Below, piece after piece: positions 13,235-26,201 of a DNA stretch of 60,749 nucleotides. The first letter of the stretch is position 1; every line of letters starts with the position of its first letter. The notes under the pieces are model-generated. The model had not been told where the DNA came from and searched no databases. It saw only the letters and a program-made list of their open reading frames with translations. The DNA is from Nemertoderma westbladi (taxonomy: Eukaryota; Animalia; Xenacoelomorpha): assembly GCA_032718475.1 (NCBI GenBank), contig JAUCBJ010006455.1:1-60749 (forward strand). The letters are read 5' to 3'. A program made the position numbers and the translations under genes.

Positions 13235-16200
13235 TTTCGAGTAGCTGTTAGGTCCTGCGACTTTTTATTTACAGCTGATTACCAGCAAAAATGAAACTGT
13301 AATCTGTGAATATTGACTCTCGTTTATTGTTTTGGTTAGGATAGCATGTCACTGTAACCCTACCTGTAAGGTCGCAGAGTATGATGCCGCAAGACCCAAC
13401 GACCATTGGAGTTAACGACGAATAACCGCAAGCATTATCATGATTTACTGGTATTGTATAGATGATGGTTTATGTCCGTGCCATCTGTACGCACAAAACA
13501 ATGCCATCCGAAATTCCGCAATCAAAACCTTGTTGTTATAGGCCTACCCGGTACGTATTGCCAATAATCCTTTATGCTAGAAGCGCATGGCAACCCAATT
13601 CCATCATAATATAATTACGTAGAAAGTTATGGGCTTTGCCAGAATTCGCAGACCTAATTAAGCCAAACTGTGTTCATAACACCCCCTGATGTTATTGACT
13701 AGTATTCAAAGGTAAGCAGGATCTATTTGTGTGATAAATAGATCACCAGGCTCGTCTTTATTCTCTCGCGCAGTTCATTCCTGAAAATGGGGATCTAATT
13801 CATATAATAGTAGTTGTAAACCGCCCACAGTTCATCACTCGCTTCGCTTGAGTGAACTGAATGCGGCATTAATTGGGACGGGCAGACACAAGCACATAGC
13901 GCAACGCAGCCCATGCGGCAAGGAAGTATTAACTGCGTGAGGACAGGTGCACCTCCTAGGAGAACCATATAGACAATCACTGTTAACCTTCTTGAAGTCA
14001 TCGTAAAAGTATATTATTATGTCAAATCTACATATATCGGTAGTTATTTAATCAATTACTAGGCAGCTTTTGTCAAGAATTCAACAGGATATGCTACATT
14101 TTTCTTATATGTGCGGGAAACGCAGGGATGGATACAAAGCAGCGGAATGTAGATGGTTACAGCATGCCTCCCATGGGAATGGTCTGAGTAGTCAAACTAT
14201 GGCAGTTGTGCTGCTGACGAGTAAACTTCTATCTTCAAGTACTTTTCAATCACATACTCATGAGTAATTACTTTACAGCAGGAAAAAGTGGCATTTTAAA
14301 TACTTGTTGAAGCTAAAGTTGTTAGCAATTTCCGGAATTTCCAGGCTGTCTAATAAAAGTAAGATTGCATGCAAATTTAAAATTTGGATTTACTGATTTT
14401 GCATATCCACAACGCAGATTATGATGTTTCTAAACAAACTTGATTGAAGTTTTTCTTAGGTATTGGCTATATAAATTGGTTGTCATATAAAGCACGCATA
14501 CGGCATAATCAATCGTCCTTCCTCTATTATAAATGCGTCAGGAAATTGGTACAGCGGAATTTTCTCTAGTTTCCCAGATTAATCATGAGCTATCAAAGGC
14601 AGTTTGTCTTGGCAAACAATACAAATATTGGTTGCGGATGCTTCACCTTTATAATGAGAGAGAGAGAGTGGGATTAGCCAAGCCTAAGGTATATAATGTA
14701 TACGTATGTATATATATATATAGGTGTGCGGGATAGAATGTGTGCGTGCTTTAGTGCCAGGCCACATATGCATCATTAAAGAGTATTTTGATGCCCCAAT
14801 TAACCTGGTTTAACTATCAGTAGAGAAAATAGGCCATTACCATATTATTACTGCAGTGGGTGAATTATAGGCAATTGCTTATAAACGCGTTTTACGATTG
14901 GGGCTAGATAGGAGGGGTGCAAGAATCGTGTTGAAGTACGTGGCAGTATAATATATAAGTAAAGTACAATTACGTTTGGATTCCGTAAAAACAGCATCAT
15001 TCACGTGTTCAGTTCAGATCGCCATGGCATTAGATAATGCTTAATGTTATGTGATGACATATTGACTGGGTATTTTCTATATAGAAGAATATAATCCTTT
15101 GCTTGTAATTTATTATTGTAAAAATAATTTAGAAAACATTTGGTTGATGTAGTCCATATACAAACATTACTTATCGCAGCTGCCACATAAAGTAGTTGCT
15201 TTAAACGTATTAGTCCGTATATCCACCAGTGTGGCTCCCAATGGTGCACATATTATTCATGTATTCGCAGCAGATGTATACTTTCGGATTGAGGGATAAG
15301 TCCTGTATGATTGTATATACAATGCATATTATATACTATGAACCAGTAGTGATCAACTACAGAATGGATTATAAACACAATCTAACTGGTCAATAAAGCC
15401 AAATCATTAGCGTTTATGTCATAAAATAGATAAGTCAGTCAATTAGTTAACGCGAAGGGTGCACCATCAGACATGTAGGTGGAATATGTATATAGTATGT
15501 GTGTTAGAAATGATATTATCATTGTTTATACATTCATATTTATTAACCAGTACTTTAATAGAAAACGTTGGTACGCCTACTCAATATCATAATTACGTAT
15601 AATGTATATAAAATGCCTCACTGACTGACTCAGACATTTGGGCATGAACAATTACTTCAATTTACATAATTTCAACAATCAGGATATCATTGGGTGCATT
15701 TTCGACTTCTTCGATTGTATCTAATAATTTTTGCTTCATATTTTTGAGGTGAGTTAACAAGTATATCATTCTTCTATACATATTATTGTTATTCTATTCA
15801 GATGTTCTGGGGTTATATGTTAATTATGTTAATGGCATATCATAATAACCAAAATATAATAATGACTAAAATAGCTTTTATTTTATAGAGACCGTAAGCC
15901 TATATATTCCGACATTACTGCCTTAGTACCACACCGCACATAAGTGTCCAAAGACGTAGAATGAGCTAACCTAGATGCTTGATAGCAGTATATTGTACTG
16001 CCTGTATGTATTTTTACACCACCACCATCATAGTTCCGTACAGTATAAATCCCTCCTTACTGTACGTAATCTACAGGAACTACCACAGATGTACGCCACT
16101 GAATGTTTGAGTATTTTTTTAACACTACCAAACTGAATATATTATGCGCCTTTACTTCCCACTTGAAAGTTAGTCTCCATAAAATACATTCATATTTATA

Positions 16201-16549
16201 TTATAGTTATTTATTATGGTGGTTTCCATTAGTAGGTAACTACTACTTAACAAACTTATGATTTTATTAATATTTATCTTGGTAGAAATTGATTTATTTG
16301 ACGCGGTACCTTAATAGTAGAAAATTTAATCTAACGAACGATACGTTATCAATCCAATGAAATTCCATACAGGAGATTGGTAATACTGTACTTGTACTAT
16401 TTGCATGGAATTCTTGGAATGAGATAATATTGAAGTTTGATTTATTTATATTATTATAAGTTACCTATGAGTTGACATATGGAAACTGCGAATTTTTTTA
16501 ATTGAATTGCATTTTGTTGTGGATAATATATTTATGGCGAATGTCACAC

Positions 16550-16780
16550 TGCCTCCAAAATGCAAAATATTTTGCTTGGTTTTAATGACCTTGGTTTTTC
16601 ACTTTCAAGAACCCAGGTCTACCAAGCAATCCCGCTGCTTAAAAGCTATCAGCATGCTACATACAGTCTATCCACTAATAGCTTGAAAATTTCAAGCTTT
16701 GTACAACTTGGCAACGTCATACTTTAACTTTCTCAAAGGCTTTCTGTTGCATTTGTCTTGGTCAATGCCACTGTCATCCT
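16550..16780 (-). mobile_element. Possible highly decayed Gypsy RT/RNase H fragment
   Basis: Minus-strand reading QW...QQKAFEKVK...LKF...HADS...GL resembles the Gypsy connection/RNase H start; many stops. Confidence 0.3.
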
Positions 16781-18854
16781 CGCAGCTCTACTCTACTATA
16801 TACTTAATTACTTATAACTAAAAATAAAATTATAAACTTATAAAATATATTTATCAATAATTTTTAGATTATACTACAGAAATTCTTTGACTACATTTTT
16901 CGATTACAAGTGATTTCGAGTTGAAATCATTTGTAGTCGAAAAATTTATGATCGTTTCCAATTAGCCCTCGTGCCTCGTGTTCCACATTGGTGGTGCTGC
17001 ACTTGTGGAAGTGGTACAGACCTGTGTGGATATAAAGGTATAACGGCAGGTAAAGACCCATCAAGTGGTCATCAGTGTGCCACGGTGAAAAGGACGTGCC
17101 ATCTGGCCTTTATCAATCTGACGTAGGCCGATTGGATTCAAGAGTTGAAGCAAAACTACAATCAATAGTACAGTTAACTTTCAGATGAAATTGAAAGTTA
17201 TCTGACAATAATTAATATTTATTTGGTAATTAAGTTGTAGATTTTAACTAATACAATTCTAAAATCTTATCCGGCTATTAGCAAACTCTCATGGGACAAT
17301 ATCACGTCGAAAATATTCAGATTCCTCCACTGAAACCAAGTAGAATAAGAGAGAAAGAAATTTCGATGCCATTCCTTAATCACCAACATTCTAGGGAAAT
17401 CTCTAAGTGAAAAATGTTGCATGATTTCTGAATTGGTTTAATAGGACTGACAGTTTACAACTACTTACTTTCATTATTTGACCTCGAGTACAGATAATCA
17501 ACTTGAACATCCCTAGGAGAAAACTATATCAGATAATTAGATATTGGCGGAGAAGTAGAAAACTCCATAGTTCCGGTTGTGGATGTAGTAAAGCGAAATG
17601 AGAACATAAATATGTGGGCGGGATTTACTGGTTGTTTGCCTGTAAAAGCTCTGTTGCCCCATTCATTACCAGAATCACAATTACATTTTCTGAGATGAAA
17701 TGACTCATTGGTAGTGGCATGTCGGCCTATTCCTTTTCTTCTCTATACAGGGAGAAAATTGATTTAATGCCGGGAACTGCATTGCGATAAGATTACCTAC
17801 GTTGGTATGTGGTGTGTGTTTAAGCCCGGGTCAAAGCTTCTCCCTGTATACACGACGCAGTGTGTGCTGCAGTTAACTCACTAAAAGCCCTGGTCCATCA
17901 GTGAAATTATCTTATGTACTCGCATCTACAGCTACATGGACTAGATGACATTCTCAGAGATATGGCATAGTTGTTACCTGGGAGCTAAATTCATTGCGGT
18001 CCTACACACGCTCGTCCGACACGCTGTTGTGCTAGAATTGACAGTTCATTTGTTGATTGGAAACACTCAGGCATACAGGCCAGTAGGCCTACGTATTGAA
18101 CGGTTGCTTTGCCGGTAATGCAGAATCCCGAATTAGGTTATTTAATTTTACATACATCGCTTGTATGTGTATATACATACACGTGTTTATAAGCTAGTTA
18201 ATGGACTGTTGCGTGTTGGCTATATGAAGCGATTGGGGGGTTGATGGTAGGTGGGCTGGGGGGGGGGGGGGGGGGGGGTTGAGGGAGGGCTAGTTTGTCC
18301 GCAGTATGGGTTAGATCCGGCCTCTAGAGAGGACATGGGGGGCGGGAGGAGGTACAATTGTAAAGATTAGTCTTTATTTATTATTGAATAAAAACAAGTA
18401 TAGTTTGCATCTTATTAAAAAAAATGTTTCAGGTTCAGTGGACTTAATTTGGAATTTCTAAGATCTTTATATTATAACTAGTGATAATTGGAAACTGATT
18501 GGTAATTAGCAATGCAAGCCATACTGCCACATTACATTACATTACATTACATATGCATTACTGTGTTGCCGGCAGGCCTAAGTATTAGACAGGGGTCTTG
18601 GCGATGGTGGTGGTGCGTCATGACGCAAAGGCAATCAAACCATGTATATTGTATGTACACATAGGATGCGTTATCTATGTCATGCACATCGGAAATATTT
18701 GAAGTTTTCTGTACTCAATATTGTCATCTTATTGATCTAAGCAAGCTGTTACCCCGTATACAGTTTAATAAATTACAGTTTAAGTATAAGTTTAAGTTAT
18801 TGAAGTACTGCAGTGTAGTTACTAACTAGCTCGCTATCCATATACCGGTCTCAG

Positions 18855-18957
18855 GAATTCTTAGCCCGCGAGTATTCTTAGCCCGCGAGTATTCTTAATA
18901 TTATTTTATTTGTTTCCTTATACAAGCGGGCGAAGAATACTCGCGGGCTAAGAATTC
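18855..18957. mobile_element. Short MITE-like inverted repeat (~100 bp)
   Basis: gaattcttagcccgcgagtattctt ... aagaatactcgcgggctaagaattc is a perfect 25-bp inverted pair; the left arm has an internal tandem duplication. Confidence 0.7.
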
Positions 18958-18964
18958 ACCCAAC

Positions 18965-19435
18965 CCCTATACCATAGAACAAGATTATGCAAGGTTGACC
19001 AGTGCTATAATAGAAGTGGCTGACAAGACTCATCCAGTATGCCTGCAGCATGATGCTCAGTTTTGGCAATAGGTTGCTCCGAGATTGTACAATGTCACGT
19101 TTGTTTAGATTGTATCTTATTACATGAACCCTGTGCAGCATCATCCATGGTGTCAAAGTCTGGTTTAGTCTGCAGTAATAGTCCAGCAGGGACTGCCATA
19201 TATTAGCACATTCTCTACTGCTACAACCAATAATTTTACCTTAGATAAGGTGTAAATCCAGGGTGATTTACATACCCTTGCTAGTTCATTTAATGCAGAC
19301 CATGTGCCTTATTGCCTATTTATATTTGTATGCCTTCAGCAGGTGTAGCAGCAGAAGGTAGCAACCATCCTAGTTAGCAACCTGCTTCCGGGCCATCCAC
19401 AGGCTGATGTTCATAATCAGCATTTTGGTCTCTAG
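18965..19435 (-). mobile_element. Older, diverged RTE LINE 3' fragment
   Basis: Minus-strand translation WSALNELARVCKSPWI..KVKLF..AVENVLIYGSPCWTITAD..MLHRVH..HNLVLW parallels WTALNRLSRIWKSPRI..KVRLF..AVVPVLLYGSPCWALTAE..MLRRVH..HNLVLW of the 36621 ORF. Confidence 0.82.
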
Positions 19436-20102
19436 GGAGGCATTGCGGTGCCAGACCAGGGAGGCATTGCGGTGCCAGACCATGGGGCATTGCAGTGTCA
19501 GACCAGGGCGGGCATTGCGGTGCCAGATCAGGGGGGGGGGGGTGTGATGCCAGACCAGGTGGTCGTTGTGGTGTCAGAACAGGGGGGCATTCCAGTGCCA
19601 GACCATGAAGCATTATGGTGCCAGAGGGTCATTGTGGTCCCAGAACAGGGGTACCTTGCGGTGCCAGACCAGCGGGTTATTGCAGTGCCATTCCTGGGGG
19701 TATTGCGGTCTCAGACCAGGGGGGATTGCGGTGCCAGATCAGGGAGCATTGTGGTGCCAGACCAGAGGGGCATTGCAGTGCCAGACCAGGGGGCTTTGCG
19801 ATGCCATATCAGGGGGCATTGCGGTGCGAGACCAGGGGGGCATTGCAGTGCCATTTCGGGGGCCTTGCGATGCCAGATCAGGGGGCATTGCGGTGCCAGA
19901 CCAGGGGCATTGTGATGCCAGACAAGGGGGCATTGCGCTGCCAGACCAGGGCTATTGCGGTGCCATACCCGTGGCATTGCGGTGGCAGACCAGGAGGGCA
20001 TTGCAGTTCCATTCCAGGGGGGCATAGCGGTGACAAACCAAGGGGAGCAATATGGTGCCAGACCAGGGGGCATTGCGGTGTCAGACCAGGGGGTATTCCG
20101 GT
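19436..20102. repeat. GC-rich minisatellite, ~23-25-bp unit (ggggcattgcggtgccagacca), about 27 degenerate copies
   Basis: Directly visible tandem units; the overlapping ORFs on both strands derive from the repeat. Confidence 0.93.
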
Positions 20103-20355
20103 ATTAGTCTTATAGTACGTTTTTACGACAAACAACTTTCGATCTCCTGTCAGTATATTAATCGGATGTAGACCATAACTGTCCCTAAGTAACTAAAAAA
20201 ACAAAACTGAAAAATGTTGTTCTAGAACAACATGTGGCAGTTGTTTTCATAGAAACATTTCGAATGTACAAGGCAAAATAAACTAATAAATGTACTCCAA
20301 TTGGTAACAAAACGTGTAAAATTAACCCTCTAACTTGATTAGTCATAATTAGTCA

Positions 20356-20451
20356 CCATAGCAACAATACAAATTCGGACATTATGGAAAGTTTAAGTTA
20401 ATGCCATAGCAACAATACAAATTCGGACATTATGGAAAGTTTAAGTTAATG
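20356..20451. repeat. Perfect 48-bp tandem duplication
   Basis: ccatagcaacaatacaaattcggacattatggaaagtttaagttaatg starts at 20356 and again at 20404. Confidence 0.9.
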
Positions 20452-20639
20452 TATTAGCTTTCCAAGGAGACCAATATGCAATAATTACTATTCAAGAGTT
20501 TTAAAGGCTTTTGTAAAATATTTTTTCTACAAAGGTGAGTTTATTTTTACTATATCTGATTTGGTGATTTTTTTGGAGAACGCTATACAGTGGTTGTACC
20601 AGAGTTTTGATCTGGGGAAGAGTTTTGATCCTACATTAA

Positions 20640-20818
20640 TCATCATAATAAAACAAGCGCGAAATCGCACAAAGGTCCGTGTCTACTAACGCATGAACTG
20701 TCTCCTTGAATGGCTTACTACCAATCTTACAACAAAATTCATAAACCGGAATGGGGGGAGTGAACTCGGTACCTAGAGATTCCAAGTCCGACGCTCTGCC
20801 AACTGAGCTACTGGGGCC
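20640..20818 (-). mobile_element. tRNA-derived SINE (or tRNA pseudogene) head plus body
   Basis: Minus strand ggccccagTAGCTCAGTTGGCAGAGCgtcggacttggaatctctaggtaccGAGTTCACTCC: A box/D arm and degenerate B box; anticodon and acceptor stems do not pair well. The 3' boundary is approximate. Confidence 0.65.
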
Positions 20819-23800
20819 GCATCAAGCCTTAATAGCAAAACCTAACGAGAAATTAACAATACCAACAACAACAACAACAACGGAGTGAATACTAGAGGTC
20901 TCGCCTCGCGGAACTAAAAATGATGTTTCAGGCTTGCTGATGTAACTGTAATATAACATTACTGCAACACATTTCCTTCAAAATTAATGATAATAAATTT
21001 CGAATGAGAAACATGTTTGAAAAATCACAACTTAGTACATCGCTTCCTTTTCATTAAAAGAAAAATAAGCTCCAACAGGCTATCATTATGGTTGAAATCT
21101 TCCTTCCTTGAAAGAAGGTACATTTTGAGCAGCAAACAACCAGCAGTACTGCCCTATGATGATAAGCAAATTACAGCATCAGAATCACTCTATCGAACCA
21201 GAGCACAGTACTGCTTCAACTGAAAGCTCCTCGAATCCCATTGGATAGAACCTCAGAAAAGTATATGAAGGTGTAGTTTCTAGGTATATATACCCAAAGC
21301 GCCAAGTTCTACAGAATTCAATCTAATCATAATACAAACCATTTAATTTTCTCCACGTTTCTACTTAACGAATATTACTCACGTTAATGGTCAGACAAGG
21401 AGACTGGAGATTTTATCTCTTCCCTGCGAACCCACTGACGTCGGCATCTCCGCGTAAATATAGAAAAACTCATAGATAATCGGGGTAGAGAGAGAGTTAC
21501 GGTAACCGGTAAGTGAATTCGCGACCCGCTAATGCATTACTCTAGTAGTATCTTACTAACTACTTCCTTACTTACTTCGTATAGATTATTTATGCTTTTA
21601 AGTCAAGCATTTCAACATTGTCGTCGGGCATATAGTGGTACTACATTTTTACCTAGTACACCAAACCAACAACGTATGGGTAGAAACTGTCTTTAAAAAT
21701 ATATATAGTATAATATTATATAACATAATTAATTATACGTAATTATATTACATAAAAAAATTCAACCTTTTAGATAATATTCTACAATCTTTTATAAAAT
21801 TACACTACAATGAAATTTTTATTGATCCTCAAACTTTTATGATAGACTTTTATGATATGATTTATTAATGTCCGAGTTCGCTGGACCTAGCAGTGGTAGT
21901 TAGGTTCTTGGAAATGTTCTGAGAAACCCGATTTACTTTGGAAATCATTCCTTGTAGTCCAGTTTTCCGCCGTTTTATTAGTGTTATTATGTAATATAGT
22001 TATATGATAATGTTAATTGTGAGTATACAACTTATATTCCCTTACCCCATAATCACCGTACTGTTACATTGAAATTAAACACACCAATTTATTAGCGATT
22101 CATCATTCAGTTTTTCCTACATTGCGATAATTAAATGTTAAACATTATAGTATCATTAAACAGATTGTGAGTCTTAACTTTTTTAACAGTTTTTATCAAT
22201 TTGGTGAAAACTGAATGATATCGAACTAGCACACCATTGATTACTACCATTCGTAAATATAAAATAGAAATTGAAATCCCCAAACCCCAAACAGTCATAA
22301 AGATCCAATTAGTTTTTTAATGACAACTGTGTGCATATTGTATTCTTCTCCTTCTCAATTAAGCCAAAATATACTGGGGGATTATACGAGATCAATTCGA
22401 GGCATTAATGTGGTGGAAATGTGAACAGAGTGGTGAAAATTAGGTGCCACATAAACGAGGTGTACTGCTATGTGAAAGTGGACTTTAGACCCAATAAAGT
22501 TTAATGTACCCGTTAGAATTTTTAATACTGTTTTTTAATAAACAGTTGAAATTTAATTTCAACTGATCATTATAATATTGAAATCGATATTTCGAAGGCA
22601 ACTGGATGACTATAACTAACTATAAGCGAGCAGTTTCTGGATGGGCGTTTCCTGCACACTGGATCGAAGTTCTGCCTAGTTTGTAGTAAAACAGCCGGAT
22701 ACCAATTTGCTAACAATATTTTTAATACGCAAACACTATTAGTGGCATCGTTTATACCTTTTATAGCGGTAGAGTTTGGGCTATTTGTTTAAAGTAGTAG
22801 CAATTATTGTCTCAATTAGCAAACCAAATATAAAAGACTGTTTGTAATTGGGCCTGCTCCAGTTGGAATATCCCCGTTTAGCGAATAAATTATTTAACTA
22901 GTTTAATACAAAAAGATGATGCATTTAACTAGGATGATGTGCTGAATTAGTAGTCCTTTTGAATAGGAACAATAAGTATCTAGCATGTAGCATAAGATCC
23001 CCGCACACACGTGCACTTAGTAATTAATGTGGTACATATTTAATAATGTTTTAAATTAAGCTATTAAAGACATGTTTAGGCCCACGAATATACCAAGTTT
23101 TACGAGTACTACGTATAAAACATCAGAAAGAAGAATCATTGTAAGTATTTTCTAAAACCGGAAGTCTGCCGAAATTCCAACGGCGCATAATTTATTTAAA
23201 AAATCCTAGAAAATCGAAACTCCCCCATACGCGATACCTGAGGCAAAAAAATCATTTCAAATCAAATTAGAAACCGCCATTAATTTGAAAACCGCTGACC
23301 GTAGATAATTATAAGCCGGCAGTGAAATAAGAACCGCTGGCCGTACGTTACTAAAGACAATTGGAGGCAGTGTACCGGTAGGTTGGTTGGCCTGCTGACT
23401 TACGGTACAGAGAGTAAGTTAGTTTGTAGGAGTCAGGGCCACTCAAAGCCCGTATACAATTACCGCCTTTACCTATACAACATACTGGCTTCAAAGAAAT
23501 TCTATACTTCTAAACATAGTGGAATTTCTAAGTTTGAATATAATTATGAACGTCAGGGAATTCTGCTGATTTTAAATAAGGATGAAATACGAGCTCCCAT
23601 GTCATTTTGGGATATAAGTAATGCACATACTTGATCGTATTGCGCAGTCAAAATCTTATATAATTATATTTTTTTGAAGATTTACTATCAAGAGATTGGC
23701 GCAGTAAGCAGTAAGGCAGTTCTTCAGAGTTTTTAATGAATATATATATATTAGAATTGCGTGTACAATCTGAAGTCTCTAATCTGTTTATAGAAACCTG

Positions 23801-23930
23801 ATATTTGTACCATTGTACGGTTCTGTAATAAATTATGCTATATATATTATATATAATTATATTATATATATTATATTATATTATGCTTTGTTATTATACT
23901 TTGCACTACTGCATAACCACCAGCAAACTA

Positions 23931-24200
23931 TGTAACAATGTCTGAATATGGTAGTACAGTTGTATAAAAGAGATAGGTTAACACAGCGTAGGAAGTTACC
24001 GGCGGACTAAAGAAAGATACAAAGAAAACCGAGGATGTTTATCCGTCGGGAGTAGTAAAAGTAAAGATACAAAATGTGGAGAAGGAATCGGTAGCCAGCC
24101 TACCGGGTTGAGACGCACTCCACTCCGGCACAGGTAATCGTCGCCGACCGCAATGAACGGCAGAAAATGGAAGAACACAGACGTGAACGTATCTCTTACA
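23931..24200. mobile_element. Candidate solo LTR (270 bp)
   Basis: GC-richer island bounded by TGTAA...TTACA inverted termini; no matching TSD visible. Confidence 0.35.
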
Positions 24201-25434
24201 GTAGATGTAGGAAAAAATACGAGTCTCGAGAAATCTTTCATATCCCTGTCCATCTGTACGTCCTTAACAATCAACAAAGTCATAACATTTAACATTTTCA
24301 TTAACATTTGACATTTTTAACATTTAACATTCACATCTTATAAAGTACTAGATTATATGACAATTAATCAATATATTAATGTATCGTATAATCGTATATT
24401 AATGTAACAAAACGATCCCAATCGATATCATTTTAACGCCGTCTGAAAAATAGGATCAAGGTTGCAAACAACACAGACAGTATCGCGCACTGAGGTTGGA
24501 ATAGTAATCAAGAAATCATTATAGTTTGTATCTAGACATTAAAACCGACGCTGGTTAGTTTAACGAAATATTCAATAGGCTGACTATATGGTGGGATAAT
24601 CCCTATGGAATAAGCTCCACCAGATAGTGTTTCTGTGGTATATTGGGTGGTAATCGAAGGTGTTGTATACTGCATCATATACCACCGGCAAAGATAAAAC
24701 CAACGTCTTATTATAATAATATGTTAAGGCAATCAGGTGTGCACTATGTGCAATAAATTATTAATGAGTTTCTATACGGCTTTGTGCTCTATACAGTATA
24801 CAACAATCATCCATACCTCCTAAATACTATTTGCAGTATTTATACTATAGAAAGGGGCAATAAGAAGTCTCCTTCAATTACTTTATTATTTTATTATATA
24901 TTTTTATTACAGACATAATTAATTAGACCATATAATCACAATAATTATAAGTTGAGTATAACACTATAAATGATTAAGAATTCACTGATTGAATTTGGAT
25001 ATATCTAAAAATCGCTTTGTACAATTATTGATGAAAAAATATAGTGGCGCGAAAACTATATTTTACAATATATTTGAATATATTTTTATATTTGAATCCT
25101 ATTTAATGGTATATTAAGCGAACGGTAACGAATATGTATGTTTGAAACACATAATCAAAATTCATTTCACCATACTACTACATCACTACATGTGATGCAG
25201 CAATTATTTTCAGAAAGAAACGCATATTTTATCTGTATCTGTTTAGGTAAACCCAAGTGAGACGAATAGAGCCCATATAATGTACTCTATTCGTAGAAAA
25301 ACGTGATTCATTATAACACTAACTTATTTATAAAATCCTGTTAAATTTTCAGATAACGGGTGTTGGTCATCAGATATTCTGACACATCAACGTCTTCCAA
25401 CCGATCTTCCTGAATTATTGCGCGCCATCTAGCT

Positions 25435-25876
25435 ATGTTTGGGATTCCTTACACCGGGTTGTCGACGAGTTCTTCCGCGGGTTTATCGTCGAGTTCCCCG
25501 GCTACATCCGATCCTATGAGCGAATTCCGACGGATGGCGGCCCAGTTCCTCCTCCCTCAGTTCGGTAAACCCCACGAATCCCGCCAGCCGGCCGCGGTCC
25601 CGGAGGCCAACGAAACCTTCTCCTTCGTTCTCACAAAGTCCATGATCGTCCAGGGGAACCATGCTAGTAGTCGCTACATCTGCGACGTCTGCAACAACCG
25701 CTTTATGAACCCATACGCCCTGCGTCGTCATTACGTCAGGAAACACATCGCCCCGAAGTATAGACCCACTATCCTCAATGACGACATTCCTATTAATAGC
25801 TCGTACGAGGACTCAACAAGAGGGGTCAATTCTGCTAACGACTCCGCGTCATTGGCTGGAGTAGCCGGTTGTCAAG
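25435..25876 (+). CDS. C2H2 zinc-finger transcription factor, coding exon 1
   Basis: Acceptor ttttcag before 25353; in-frame TGA at 25411 upstream of ATG 25435; finger YICDVCNNRFMNPYALRRHYVRKH; phase-1 donor AAG|gttggt after 25876. Confidence 0.88.
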
Positions 25877-26201
25877 GTTGGTAAAGGTTATATTTTTATA
25901 TTTTTCCCTTTTAATATAAGCTATTTTACTATAATATATAATGTAAAAGCTACGCTATGTCACTCCAGGACATGCACATATAATTTTATACAAAACATTC
26001 CAAAAATTTATCATTATTTTATAAATAAAATATTATAGAAATTAAAATTAAATCAATTCAAATTTAATTTTTAATATATACAGTATTAAAGTTTTAATAT
26101 AACTAAAATCATTTTCCTTAGGCCAATCTTTAAACAAGATTTATTCCTATCCTTAACATGTAGTCCTATAATAAGGAGTCATTTATATTTTTTTATTTCA
26201 G

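Noticed and set aside
13760-14000. GC-rich patch as a structured ncRNA or ribozyme
   Set aside because: No recognisable snRNA, hammerhead or HDV core found by eye; an Rfam/Infernal scan would be needed.
17751-17804. Possible small exon (polypyrimidine-cag ... gtatgt)
   Set aside because: Stops in all three frames and no independent support; could only be a UTR exon.
19374-20135. Overlapping Gly/Cys/Pro-rich ORFs
   Set aside because: GC-rich minisatellite that is open in most frames on both strands.
20746-20818. Functional tRNA-Pro(TGG)
   Set aside because: Anticodon and acceptor stems pair poorly and the T-loop is degenerate; better read as a SINE head or pseudogene.
21422-21435. 14-bp match ccctgcgaacccac shared with 42311-42324
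   Set aside because: A match of this length is plausible by chance in 60 kb and it does not extend.
22360-22450. Possible LINE remnant (KILGI..D..W..VNRVVK)
   Set aside because: Too short and degenerate to support.
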